Shown piece by piece: positions 27,850 through 37,382 of a stretch of DNA of 64,000 nt. How positions within the stretch are numbered: position 1 is the stretch's first letter; every line of letters starts with the position of its first letter. A model generated the notes under the pieces. The model saw only the letters and a program-made list of their open reading frames with translations, made no database searches and was not told the DNA's origin. This DNA is from Cyanobacteria bacterium P01_A01_bin.123 (lineage in GTDB: Bacteria; Cyanobacteriota; Cyanobacteriia; Phormidesmidales; Phormidesmidaceae). Location: positions 64,001-128,000 of the forward strand of contig JBCBZT010000005.1 in assembly GCA_039815185.1 (NCBI GenBank), given 5' to 3'. A program made the position numbers and the translations under genes.

Positions 27850-29478
27850 ATGGCAAAGGTTGCACTGCTAATTGGGGTCAGTGAATACGGTGAGGGTTTG
27901 TCAAACTTACCAGGTACTCTGGAAGACCTCCAGGCAATGCAGCGGGTGTTGGAAAATCCTCAAATTGGCGGCTTTGACAAAGTTGAGGTGTTGCCCAACC
28001 CCAATCGGACTGATATGGAGCGGGCGATCGAAACGCTGTTCAACGAAGACCGCCGCCGCGACGATTTGGTTTTACTCTACTTCTCCGGACATGGGGTTCG
28101 AGACGACAACGGCACCCTATACTTCGCCACAAAAATTACCGAGAAAAATTCCCAGGGACGAATCCGCACCAGCACCGCAGTCAGTTCTAGAGCGCTGCAA
28201 GACTACATGACCCCAAGTCGATCTAAGCGGCAAGTATTGATCTTAGACTGTTGCTTTAGCGGAGCCTTCGCCCAGGATATGAAGGCAAAAGCTGACGAAG
28301 CCATTGACGTGAAAACTCAACTGGGTAGTGAAGGCAGGGCAGTCTTAACCTCTTCGACGGCAACCCAAGTGTCTTTTGAAAAAGAAGGAGCCAGCGTTTA
28401 CACTCGCTATCTGGTGCAGGGGCTAGAAACTGGCGCTGCTGACCGGGATGAAAACGGCCAAGTCACTGTGGATGAGCTGCACGAATACGCCAAAGAAAAA
28501 GTGCAAGAAGCAGCCCCCACCATGCAGCCTGAGATTTATGCTGTGAGGGAAGGCTACAAAATCTTGATTGCCCGTGCGACTCAGAGCGATCCAACGCGGG
28601 TGTTTCGTAAGGAAGTAGAAGCACGGGCCAAGCAAAAGCGCGGCAAACTTTCGCCTGTGGATCGGCGAGCATTTCGGTTTCTTTCAAACGAGTTACAGCT
28701 ATCCACTCAAGCAGCAGAACAAATTATTGCCGAGGTTTTGCAACCCTACGAAGCATTTTGGGAGAAAGTAGGGGAATTTGAGCAAGCAGTGAAAGAAACG
28801 CTAGAGTACGATCCGCAGTCGAGCGCGGCTAGCATTGACGATCTACAGTATTTTCAAAGGATGCTGAAGCTACGGGATGAAGATATTGCCCCGGTGCTTA
28901 ATACCTATCAGATTGAGCTGACTTCATCTCCACCCAAAACAGACTCTGGCAAAGCACGAACCAAACCTCAACCTGCGGCAAATCAGGTAACTGAAACGCC
29001 CATATTGCAAAAAATCGAAGAAATCCCTCCGGAAGCAGGGAAGTGCATTGATTACAGCAAGCTGCGAGGTTTTCTAAAGGCTCAGGACTGGAAAGCAGCA
29101 GACAAAGAAACTGCAGCTCAGATGCTAAAAGTAATGAACAAGACAAGCTGGATCAATATAACCCGCGATGACTTATTGCACTTTTCTTACAAGGATTTGA
29201 AGAATATCAATGATCTCTGGGTGCACTACAGTCAAGGTAAATTTGGCTTCAGTGTACAGAAAAAAATATATGTGGATTGCGGTGCAACGCTAGATGGTAA
29301 TTATCCAGGTAATGAGATTTGGAGGAAGTTTTGTGTTCGTGTAGGGTGGCGAGTGAACAACAAATTTGTTTCTTACTCCGAGATTACTTTCAATATTTCT
29401 GCCCAACGAGGACACTTACCTCGTTGGGTGGGACGTGGAGGACGGTCCCCTTATCTTCTCTCTCGCCAGGGCTTATAA
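27850..29478 (+). CDS. Caspase-like peptidase (C14) fused to a C-terminal GUN4-like domain
   Basis: KVALLIGVSEY, dyad FSGHG / ILDCCFSG, QP.IY; GUN4 DYSKLR.FL...DWKAADKET, LW..YS.GKFGFSVQK.IY, GHLP. Confidence 0.9.
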   Translation: MAKVALLIGVSEYGEGLSNLPGTLEDLQAMQRVLENPQIGGFDKVEVLPNPNRTDMERAIETLFNEDRRRDDLVLLYFSGHGVRDDNGTLYFATKITEKNSQGRIRTSTAVSSRALQDYMTPSRSKRQVLILDCCFSGAFAQDMKAKADEAIDVKTQLGSEGRAVLTSSTATQVSFEKEGASVYTRYLVQGLETGAADRDENGQVTVDELHEYAKEKVQEAAPTMQPEIYAVREGYKILIARATQSDPTRVFRKEVEARAKQKRGKLSPVDRRAFRFLSNELQLSTQAAEQIIAEVLQPYEAFWEKVGEFEQAVKETLEYDPQSSAASIDDLQYFQRMLKLRDEDIAPVLNTYQIELTSSPPKTDSGKARTKPQPAANQVTETPILQKIEEIPPEAGKCIDYSKLRGFLKAQDWKAADKETAAQMLKVMNKTSWINITRDDLLHFSYKDLKNINDLWVHYSQGKFGFSVQKKIYVDCGATLDGNYPGNEIWRKFCVRVGWRVNNKFVSYSEITFNISAQRGHLPRWVGRGGRSPYLLSRQGL

Positions 29479-29729
29479 CGATAGTAGATAGCTGCTTCAG
29501 CTCGACCTGGAAGTTTCATTTTAGTTTCCCTATCTCTTGATTGGCATGGCATAAGCGATAGAACTGTTCATCCGTCAGATTGACATGATCGAGGTTTAGC
29601 ACCATCGGCCATCCAGAGACCATACCAGCGTCCTCCCCTTTGGTTCCTTTTAATCCTAAGTATCCTGTTCAACCCAAGATCTCAAGAGTTTTTCCAAAAA
29701 TCCTGGGATCTGGACGTTTCAGTGAACGA

Positions 29730-30038
29730 TTAACGCATCTGCAGAAAACAAAGCCCGTTTAACAGCGCGGTCAAACAAGCCGCGATCACGATTCCCTTGA
29801 CCATGCCTGGGTTTCGCCGTCGTTGCAGCCAAATCACTAATGGAATCACGTACAGCAACTGCCAAAAAAAGAAGCCCGCCGCCCCAATCAATAACACAAC
29901 CAAGCTGGTGTAATAACCCGTAGCGAATTCTTCAGCCAACACCGCGATCGCCAAAATTAACCCGGCCATGACCAGATGCAAACCCAGGGTCAATAAAATG
30001 CCAAGCAAAATACCAAGGGGTTCATTTCTCTCTGTCAT
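29730..30038 (-). CDS. Small 3-TM membrane protein, coupled to the radical SAM gene
   Basis: Hydrophobic helices, QLLYVIPL..W motif, 4-nt overlap with the upstream gene. Confidence 0.75.
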   Translation of the reverse strand: MTERNEPLGILLGILLTLGLHLVMAGLILAIAVLAEEFATGYYTSLVVLLIGAAGFFFWQLLYVIPLVIWLQRRRNPGMVKGIVIAACLTALLNGLCFLQMR

Positions 30039-31465
30039 GGGGCATTGACCTGCTGGACGTCTTTCAGCTTGGCTTGCCCTGCACTACCCTCTCGATAAAA
30101 CAGGTTATACGTTTCAAACGGAATCAGTCGTCCATCGGGATGCACGATGTGAATACACGATCGCTTTACGGATTTCACATCGAAGTTGTAGGCATCCATA
30201 AATTGCACAATCATGATCCGAAAAATGTTTTCATAATCGAGGGTATCGGGCACAGGCACTAGCGGCAAACAGCACAGCAGTTGCTTGAGTGAGGTCGCCG
30301 CCGATCGGGGGGAATGGCTGGTAGAAAATAGGTCAAACAGCTTTTGCTTGAGCGACTCGTCTTGTTCGTAAAGTACGCTGTTGGGCATCACATTGACAAA
30401 CTCATCCGGATTGATTAATCCCGTGAGGGGAATCATCTTGCCATTGACTTTCAAGGCATAGGCCATGGCTAAGGCATCGGGGTGGCAGGGCACAGGCACG
30501 ATATCTTCGGGTTTGAAGTGGGATGTTTGCTCAAGAATGGCGCGGCGTACGGCGGTTAACGGGTAGCGATCGCGCCTCGCATCATACCCCTCCAACCGTC
30601 CCGCCGCCTGAATCGGCTGAAAAGTGACACCCCGAATGCAGGGTTGCGCTAGAGCGTAGTCGATAATTTTGCCGATTTCGTGATCGTTGAGTCCCTTTTT
30701 TAGCGTCACTACCAGCGTTGTAGACAGGTTGAACTGGTTTAAGTGGGCGATCGCGGCCTCCCTGACCGATCGCAAATCGCTGCCTCGTAATTCCATCAGT
30801 ACCCCAGCTTCAAAGCTATCAAACTGGAGATAAATTTCAATCCCCGGTTTGTATTGGCTCAGCTTTTCCACGAACGCCAAATCTTGGGCGATGCGTATGC
30901 CGTTGGTATTGATCATCAAGTGCTTGATCGGTTTGCGCTTGGTCAGCGCCACAATCTCAAAAAACTGGGGATGAATCGTCGGTTCTCCGCCGCTGAGCTG
31001 CACGACCTGGGCTTCTCCCTCATTGGCTACCACCGCATCGATCAAAAACTCAATTTCTTCTAGGCTACGGTGGCGACGGGGCGTATGGGTGGTGGCTGAA
31101 ACCGCATCCGGGCCAGAATCGGCATAGCAAATGGAGCAGGCCAAATTGCAGCGATCGCTGACTTCAATCAAGCTCAAGCAGCTATGTTGCTCGTGGTCCG
31201 GACAAAGACCGCAGTCGTAGGGGCAGCCATAGCGAATCGGGGTATTGAACGTCAGCGGCATATCCCCCGGTTTGATGTAGCCCTGCATTTTCTGGTAGTA
31301 CTCAATATCGTCGGCAATCAGCACCTCCTCCGCCCCGTGGATCAGGCAGTGTTTAGACAGATAAACTTGGCCATCTCGAAATAGGACTTTCGCCTCAACT
31401 TTGCTCAAACACTGGGAGCAAACACTGTTGGTCAGACCGTAAAACAGGTGGTTGCGAGTCGGCAT
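30035..31465 (-). CDS. Radical SAM protein, Tes/GDGT-MAS (MJ0619)-like architecture
   Basis: CNLACSICYA SAM motif, SGGEPT, NTNG; N-terminal CSQC...KHCLIHG and GCPYDCGLCPDHEQHSC; C-terminal PCHPD, LLCCLP, SCIH. Likely start ATG 31465. Confidence 0.88.
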   Translation of the reverse strand: MPTRNHLFYGLTNSVCSQCLSKVEAKVLFRDGQVYLSKHCLIHGAEEVLIADDIEYYQKMQGYIKPGDMPLTFNTPIRYGCPYDCGLCPDHEQHSCLSLIEVSDRCNLACSICYADSGPDAVSATTHTPRRHRSLEEIEFLIDAVVANEGEAQVVQLSGGEPTIHPQFFEIVALTKRKPIKHLMINTNGIRIAQDLAFVEKLSQYKPGIEIYLQFDSFEAGVLMELRGSDLRSVREAAIAHLNQFNLSTTLVVTLKKGLNDHEIGKIIDYALAQPCIRGVTFQPIQAAGRLEGYDARRDRYPLTAVRRAILEQTSHFKPEDIVPVPCHPDALAMAYALKVNGKMIPLTGLINPDEFVNVMPNSVLYEQDESLKQKLFDLFSTSHSPRSAATSLKQLLCCLPLVPVPDTLDYENIFRIMIVQFMDAYNFDVKSVKRSCIHIVHPDGRLIPFETYNLFYREGSAGQAKLKDVQQVNAP

Positions 31466-31684
31466 AGGCCAAACGGAATGAAGGGATAGCTTAGGTATAG
31501 GCGATCGCGGCAGGCAATCTGCCATTTCAACCCAAGTCTCTTTAGGAAGCCCCTTGGGGCTTCAATGGGGTTTCAATGACATTTCACTTTGTATTCATAA
31601 AGCTATCGCCAACCCTGACTGACGGGTTATACTCGGTGGAAGAAATTGTGCATGTTATAGTGAAGGGCCGAATAGTTCCTGAAG

Positions 31685-32008
31685 ATGGCGAGTAGCATGT
31701 TGTCAATCCCAACTCATAAAACTAAATCAGAGCACGAACGGTTGGTGTATCTGGCGGAAGAGTATGAGAAGAAAGGCTACCAGGTCAATCTTTACCCAAC
31801 CGATGCAAATCTGCCGGAATCTTTGCGGGGTTTTGTGGTTGGCCTCGTAGCTGAAGCTAAAGGTGAATTAGTGGTCGCGGACGTTAGAAACCGTGAGCAT
31901 TTAACCCGAAACGGTGCAGAGGACTTGCGCGCCCTGGCCCGCAAGTTGGAAATGCTGCCAAACAGTCGTTTTGACTTGGTTGTGTTCAACCCCAGCCTCT
32001 CTAAATAA
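31685..32008 (+). CDS. Hypothetical protein, possibly restriction-endonuclease-like (AHJR-like) fold
   Basis: LA.EY..KGY.V...P....LP..L..F...LVA......VV.DV...LA......P..RFDLVV pattern. Confidence 0.55.
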   Translation: MASSMLSIPTHKTKSEHERLVYLAEEYEKKGYQVNLYPTDANLPESLRGFVVGLVAEAKGELVVADVRNREHLTRNGAEDLRALARKLEMLPNSRFDLVVFNPSLSK

Positions 32009-32266
32009 GGCTTGGTGGGGCCCATCTTCACAGCGACCCCCATGATGACAATGTGAGCCGCGATGGGTAAAACTATGGCGGTTGAGTGTTGCGCTCCCTG
32101 AGCGATTAAGGTTATGGGGAGCGCGATCGCTGCGCTTAAGACTGCACCAGCAATAGAAATCCGTTTCATCGCATCCGCCTGATCGGAGATGGGTATTTAT
32201 CCTTCATCCTGTGCGCTGCACCTTGGCCAACCGCGTTAATGAATGGCATCCATTCCTTATCTCCCA

Positions 32267-32305
32267 TTAAATGTGTCACATCCTCTGACGTTGTGACACA
32301 TTTAA
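32267..32305. promoter_or_regulatory. Perfect 14-bp inverted repeat directly before the RBS of the sigma-like gene
   Basis: TTAAATGTGTCACA-N11-TGTGACACATTTAA, then AGGAGG (32308-32313) and ATG 32316. Confidence 0.75.
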
Positions 32306-32315
32306 GTAGGAGGAC

Positions 32316-32927
32316 ATGAACCCCATGAGTAATGAGGTCTACGACCAGCTTGAACGCCTGAATGAAGTCATTAAGAGTGCATTATCACCCAAGGAGAGTG
32401 GAACTTCGAGAAAGCTAATTCTATTTATACGACGCTCGTTGAATCAGGTAGGACTGTATAACGAGTGGAGCGAACACGAAATTCTACTTGAGGCTTACTT
32501 GCGGACGCATGAGCGTATCAAGGCGGGAGAGGTGATCGATAATCTGCCTGGGTATTTGAATCGTGTTTCTCATTTTCTGATTCTTGAGAAAAACAAGCAC
32601 AGACGGCGGAGACAAAATATTCGCCAAAAACTTTCTGGCTTCACGTCTGAAACGATGTTTTTCCCAGAAATTTCTTACCTAGATGGCGTCGGTACTGACA
32701 CGGTTAACTTTTTGCTAGCTGCCTTTGAAGCTTTGTCAGAGAGAGACCAGCAAATCTTAGTGCTGCGGACAGTAAAGGGGTATTCCTGGAAAGAGATCGC
32801 CTACTCAATGGTAGAGAATGGAATAGCAGAGGAATGTACAGATAGCTTAGTTGCAAAGTTGAGAAAACAAGGTGAAAGAGCCTTGGATAAACTCAGGAAA
32901 AGGATGCTGTCTGTCGATAATTCATAA
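32316..32927 (+). CDS. Sigma-70-family (ECF-like) RNA polymerase sigma factor-like protein
   Basis: Region-2-like EILLEAYLR...I.NLPGYL and region-4 HTH LSERDQQILVLR.VKG.SWKEIA...LRKQGERAL.KLRK. Confidence 0.75.
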   Translation: MNPMSNEVYDQLERLNEVIKSALSPKESGTSRKLILFIRRSLNQVGLYNEWSEHEILLEAYLRTHERIKAGEVIDNLPGYLNRVSHFLILEKNKHRRRRQNIRQKLSGFTSETMFFPEISYLDGVGTDTVNFLLAAFEALSERDQQILVLRTVKGYSWKEIAYSMVENGIAEECTDSLVAKLRKQGERALDKLRKRMLSVDNS

Positions 32928-32992
32928 TGGCTTGAAAGAATTGGCGGATAGTCAGCCCAACAACTATTTAGATAAGGATTGGTATAGTTTTG

Positions 32993-33622
32993 ATGCAGCC
33001 AGAGGAAGCCCAAAATTTTAGAGCCTCATTCAATGCTTCTTCAAAAGAATGTAGAAAGGCTCTTACTGAATATTATGAACTGGCCAGATTGCCAGAGTTA
33101 TCTGAGGAGCAAGCTATTAGGCTGCACAATATCCTTGGAATGGCAGAGTTAGATGAAACCGTGGGGTTTCTCATCAATGAAATTGATGAGCTGACCTTTC
33201 AAGAGTTAGGGTTCTATGAAGAAGAGTTTCAAGCTCATTTTGAGAATGAGGTATCCAATATTCAAGAGTTTATTCTTGATGGTGCTGAACGTAGAACATT
33301 GTTGCTTTCTGCAATCGCAAATCAGGTTAACCCTAGCAGTGCCAGGCAGGATATTTATTCTAACTACAGCTATCCCCGGCTAGAAATGCTGCTCGATACT
33401 GGCCACGCTGTACGCACGGATCTCCAGAAGCTGGTTTTTTCAGACGAAGTTTTGTTTTGTTCTAGAGAGATGGGCTTCTATCTGCGTAAGCACCAAGATA
33501 GACGCGATCGCGCCTTACCTTGGTATAGACCTGGGTCAATTCTCAACTTCTTGAAAGAGGAATCCATCTCCCTATTGGCTGCCGCTTCTTTGACGCTCTT
33601 AGTGTGCTTGATAATCTTTTGA
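32993..33622 (+). CDS. Hypothetical protein with C-terminal TM helix (possible anti-sigma partner)
   Basis: Helical N-terminus (EYYELA....L....A.RL..IL..A..D......I.EID) and hydrophobic tail SLLAAASLTLLVCLIIF; directly follows the sigma-like gene. Confidence 0.6.
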   Translation: MQPEEAQNFRASFNASSKECRKALTEYYELARLPELSEEQAIRLHNILGMAELDETVGFLINEIDELTFQELGFYEEEFQAHFENEVSNIQEFILDGAERRTLLLSAIANQVNPSSARQDIYSNYSYPRLEMLLDTGHAVRTDLQKLVFSDEVLFCSREMGFYLRKHQDRRDRALPWYRPGSILNFLKEESISLLAAASLTLLVCLIIF

Positions 33623-33651
33623 TCTAATTTTGATAGCTTTTATAAACGTGG

Positions 33652-33685
33652 CGGAAGCTGATGAAGTACGATACATCAGCTTCCG
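33652..33685 (+). terminator. 12-bp stem hairpin after the sigma/partner pair
   Basis: CGGAAGCTGATG-N10-CATCAGCTTCCG, followed shortly by a T-rich run. Confidence 0.6.
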
Positions 33686-33741
33686 TCACATTGTTTTTTC
33701 TGCGGACACATATTATTAGAAGTCATTAAAACTATTTGCGT

Positions 33742-33948
33742 ATGTCATACACTATCCATGAAGATCGTCAAAACCTGCAAATCTGTCCCAAGTGTGGAAA
33801 AGCGGCCCTAGCTCAACCTAGGGAAAATCTTTATCGCTGCCTATGGTGCGGATTTGAATCCGATATCTCTGGAACGACTTTAAGGGTTCCATCTTTCATT
33901 CTATTAATAGTTTTTGTCGTGATTGTGATCATCTTTTTGCAAGGATAG
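33742..33948 (+). CDS. Small zinc-ribbon membrane protein
   Basis: CPKCG...YRCLWC followed by a C-terminal TM helix. Confidence 0.65.
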   Translation: MSYTIHEDRQNLQICPKCGKAALAQPRENLYRCLWCGFESDISGTTLRVPSFILLIVFVVIVIIFLQG

Positions 33949-33983
33949 TTTGGTTGCAACAATTCAAGTTGCTTTCAGTTGAA

Positions 33984-35549
33984 TCAAGTTTGAGGAATGC
34001 TGAGATGATGTCCACCACGACGAAAATCTCCGGCCCCAGTAATCGTGCCGTCGTCATTAACGGTCACCGCATGAACACCGCCAAAAAACATGTTGGGTTG
34101 ACTCCACCACAACCAGTCATTGACGGGCCAATCTCCAATCTCGCCAATGGCCTCTCGATCAAATCCCGGTTCTAAATTAAAGGTTTCTCGTTCCCAGTGG
34201 ATGCGGGGGGCGACTACAGCCTCAGCAATGGGCAAGTGAAAATCCACCACGTTTGAAATTACCTGCAAAATAGCCGTGCGAATCCGGTTGGCACCACCAG
34301 AGCCTAGGGCAATTTGGGCCTGACCATCTTTGAGCACCAAAGTTGGGGCCATCATTGATGAAATCCGCTGGTTAGTCTGCCACTGATGAAACCCATGGGG
34401 GTTGAGATCTTCTTCACCCAGCATGTTGTTCACCATAATCTGAGTGCCCGGAATCACATAGGACGAGCCTTCTCCATTGGACGTGGTTACACTGGCCGCG
34501 TTGCCGTCGCTATCGATGACGCTGACATGGGTGGTGCTGCCCCATTTATTCACCTGTTGCTTAAAGTCGTGCCAGTAAGGTGCAGCATGGTCTGAGGAGA
34601 GGAAAAAATCAGCCACGTTCTCTTGGTACAAGTTGGCATCAAATCCGTCTCGGCGAGCTACGTTGGTCAGTCGCATGGCCTCCACCAGGGTGCGGAGATG
34701 GTCAACGCTGCCGGGGGTAAATTGGCTCAAATCGGTTTGACTCAGTAGACTCAAGGCGAAGGCGATTAGCGTTCCACCAGAGCTGGGAGGTGGATTAGTT
34801 AGTAGGGTGTTGCCTCGGTAATTGAGACGCAGCGGCGATCGCTCGATCACTTGATATTGATCAAAATCAGCCTGGGTGAGGTAGCCCCCTTGCGCAGCGC
34901 AGGCTTGCACAATATGGTGGGCAAAATCACCCCGATAAAATCCATCAATACCGCTTTGGGCTAGATTTGCCAGGGCTTCGGCCATCGCTGGTAGGCAAAA
35001 TCTATCGCCGACTTTGAGTAAATCCCCCCCTGGTGCATAGATATCGCGAGTGGCGGCATTCGCCATCAAAATGGGCTCCAAAAGAATAAAGGAGTAAGCC
35101 CGAAAATCATCGACGATGACCCCAGTTTCGGCTAGCGCGATCGCAGGTTCAACTAGGATTTTGAGCGGTAGTCGCCCGAGGCGCTGGTGGACGTGAAGCA
35201 GTCCGGCAAAGTTACCCGGAGTAGCCATTGACCCCAAGCCAATGTGAAACTCTTGCACGGTGTCGCCAAAGTTGGCGTTGACCGGATAAAAGTCGATGGG
35301 ATTAGCCCCAACTTTGCTGCAGGGAGTTTGCGTGAAGAAATCGAATAAAACGTCTTCTCCCTGGGCCGTGTGGGCTAATAGGAAACCGCCGCCGGCAACG
35401 GAAGTGAGCGTTGGCTCTGCTACGAAGGAGGCAAACACGGCGGCGATCGCGCTATCAAAGGCATTGCCCCCTGCTGCTAAGATTGATGCCCCAGCTTCAG
35501 CGACTTTTGGATGTCCCGCTGCAATCGTGCCTTGACACGTTTCTGTCAT
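33984..35549 (-). CDS. ggt: Gamma-glutamyltransferase
   Basis: GGNAFDSAIA, GGGF, PPPSSGG, catalytic TTHVSVID.DGN, NNMLGE, SSMMAPT, GSGG. Confidence 0.93.
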   Translation of the reverse strand: MTETCQGTIAAGHPKVAEAGASILAAGGNAFDSAIAAVFASFVAEPTLTSVAGGGFLLAHTAQGEDVLFDFFTQTPCSKVGANPIDFYPVNANFGDTVQEFHIGLGSMATPGNFAGLLHVHQRLGRLPLKILVEPAIALAETGVIVDDFRAYSFILLEPILMANAATRDIYAPGGDLLKVGDRFCLPAMAEALANLAQSGIDGFYRGDFAHHIVQACAAQGGYLTQADFDQYQVIERSPLRLNYRGNTLLTNPPPSSGGTLIAFALSLLSQTDLSQFTPGSVDHLRTLVEAMRLTNVARRDGFDANLYQENVADFFLSSDHAAPYWHDFKQQVNKWGSTTHVSVIDSDGNAASVTTSNGEGSSYVIPGTQIMVNNMLGEEDLNPHGFHQWQTNQRISSMMAPTLVLKDGQAQIALGSGGANRIRTAILQVISNVVDFHLPIAEAVVAPRIHWERETFNLEPGFDREAIGEIGDWPVNDWLWWSQPNMFFGGVHAVTVNDDGTITGAGDFRRGGHHLSIPQT

Positions 35550-35925
35550 TAAATTATCCCCACCCCCCGGATTTAATCATTGAGACGCAAGTGCTAAATT
35601 GTAGAACCAGAGTTAGTAAATTGCTTTAAAGATTGCGCTCAAAACTGACGACATAAAGCTTGAATCCTCTGCCAAATCATAGTCATGGCAGGTCACAGTT
35701 CGGTTTAAATAGAGCGGAATCTCATTAATTTTTAAGGTTTTTATTCACCTTCCAAGCGCTTAAATGCCAACAACCATCGCGGCTTACAGCGTGTTGTCCC
35801 CATTATTAAATGCTTCGAGTCATGCTGAACGGTTCTGCTAGAGCAGCATGGGCTAAGCCCTTTGCAACTCAATGCGGTGGATCTGACAGCAACCACAATC
35901 CTATTTCCCACGGAGATTTTCTAAC

Positions 35926-36795
35926 ATGCAGTTTCATGCTGGCTTATTTGCTGCGATCGCATTAGGGAGTTTCTCGCTCGTAGCTTGCACCAACGCACCC
36001 CCCTCGACTGCCCCCTCTGCAGATACCCCTGAAGCCGAGGCTACCGACGCAACCCCTGCTGAATCTAGCGATGTGGGTAACCTTGCCGTTCGCGCCAACG
36101 GGGAAGATTTTGTCCGTCAAGGGTTTGTCTCTAAAGACGGCTGGCAAATCAGCTTTGACCATGTCTATGTCAATTTGACCGAAGTCACTGCCTATCAAAG
36201 CGACCCTCCTTTTGACCCCGATGGTGATGTCTCCCCAGAAGCCACTGTAGAAACTCTCCTGATCGACGAAAAGACGGTGGATCTCGCGGCAGGAGGCGAT
36301 GCCGCTGAACCGATTCTGGTGAGCGAAGTCGCTGCTCCACCCGGACGCTACAATGCCCTAGCTTGGAAGATGGTACCCGCCAGTGATGGGCCTGCTGCTG
36401 GGCAAACCCTACAGCTCATCGGTACGGCTGAAAAAGAGGGCCGCACTGTTAACTTCATTCTCAATGTTGATCAGTCTTACACCTACGTTTGCGGTGACTA
36501 TGTGGGTGCAGCCCGCAAAGGGATACTTGAGGCAGGGGGAGATGCAGATTTAGAAGCCACTTTCCACTTTGACCATCTGTTTGGCGACGGGGAAGCGCCC
36601 CCCGATGACGCCATCAATGTGGGTGCGTTAGGGTTTGAGCCCCTCGCAACCCTAGCTGCAGATAACTCCCTTGAGGTCGATATGGCTACGTTGGAGACGC
36701 AATTTTCTGATGAAGACTATACATTGTTAGAAACTGCACTTATTGGCCTAGGACATGTTGGGGAAGGCCATTGTGCAGAAACCACAGCGTCCTGA
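35926..36795 (+). CDS. Lipoprotein (DUF4382-like), probable metal-binding accessory of the Co/Ni ECF transporter
   Basis: Lipobox SLVAC; ANGEDFVRQGF, TFHFDHLFGD, GHVGEGHC; first gene of the cbi run. Confidence 0.7.
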   Translation: MQFHAGLFAAIALGSFSLVACTNAPPSTAPSADTPEAEATDATPAESSDVGNLAVRANGEDFVRQGFVSKDGWQISFDHVYVNLTEVTAYQSDPPFDPDGDVSPEATVETLLIDEKTVDLAAGGDAAEPILVSEVAAPPGRYNALAWKMVPASDGPAAGQTLQLIGTAEKEGRTVNFILNVDQSYTYVCGDYVGAARKGILEAGGDADLEATFHFDHLFGDGEAPPDDAINVGALGFEPLATLAADNSLEVDMATLETQFSDEDYTLLETALIGLGHVGEGHCAETTAS

Positions 36796-36893
36796 GTCTA
36801 TGCAGCATTGAGCCGCTAAATTTGGAGCTCTAACTCTGGAGTATCGAATGGGCTGCTGCAAGTGCTACTGATGTCAATCAATTAGAAGAACTA

Positions 36894-37382
36894 ATGACAA
36901 GGGTAAAGCAACGTGGTTTTCGACCGAACCGCTGGTTATGGGGCATCGTCACTGTTGGGACTGTTTTAGGCCACGCACCCTCGGTTACAGCCCATGGGGT
37001 CAGCATTCAGCACCAAATGACCCGCGAAGTTAAAATTCAGGCCGTTTATGACTCGGGCGAGCCGATGGCTGAAGCCCAGGTTTCGGTGTATGCCCCTGAT
37101 GCTCCCCAAACACCATGGACAACCGGAAAGACGAACGAACAAGGAGAGTTTGAGTTTGCACCAGACAGTACTTTAGAAGGTGATTGGGAAGTCCAGGTGC
37201 GCCAAGCGGGACACGGGGATATCGTGACGATTCCCATCACCTCAACGGCAGAGACGACGATGCAGGCCAGTGTTGTGCAAGCTAGTGGTGGGCATACCCC
37301 AGCTCAGCTGGTATTGATGGGAGCCGCAGGGATTTGGGGGTTTGTGGGGACGGCCTTGTTTTTCTCCCGGAGGTCAGCTTAG
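36894..37382 (+). CDS. Co/Ni ECF transporter accessory component (CbiL/NikL-like)
   Basis: Signal peptide ending VTAHG, YDSGEPMAEAQV.VYAP, GHG and C-terminal TM; its stop abuts the cbiM ATG. Confidence 0.7.
   Translation: MTRVKQRGFRPNRWLWGIVTVGTVLGHAPSVTAHGVSIQHQMTREVKIQAVYDSGEPMAEAQVSVYAPDAPQTPWTTGKTNEQGEFEFAPDSTLEGDWEVQVRQAGHGDIVTIPITSTAETTMQASVVQASGGHTPAQLVLMGAAGIWGFVGTALFFSRRSA

Noticed and set aside
31546..31588. Small hairpin and 11-bp GGGG(C/T)TTCAAT repeats between divergent genes
   Set aside because: Too short and degenerate to assign a function.
31792..32169. 125-aa minus ORF with hydrophobic N-terminus
   Set aside because: Over half overlaps the 31685..32008 gene antisense. The first ~50 codons might be a small membrane protein remnant, but I cannot support it.
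35550..35925. Expected cobalamin or NiCo riboswitch upstream of the cbi genes
   Set aside because: No B12-box or other conserved core recognised by eye; an Infernal/Rfam scan would be decisive.
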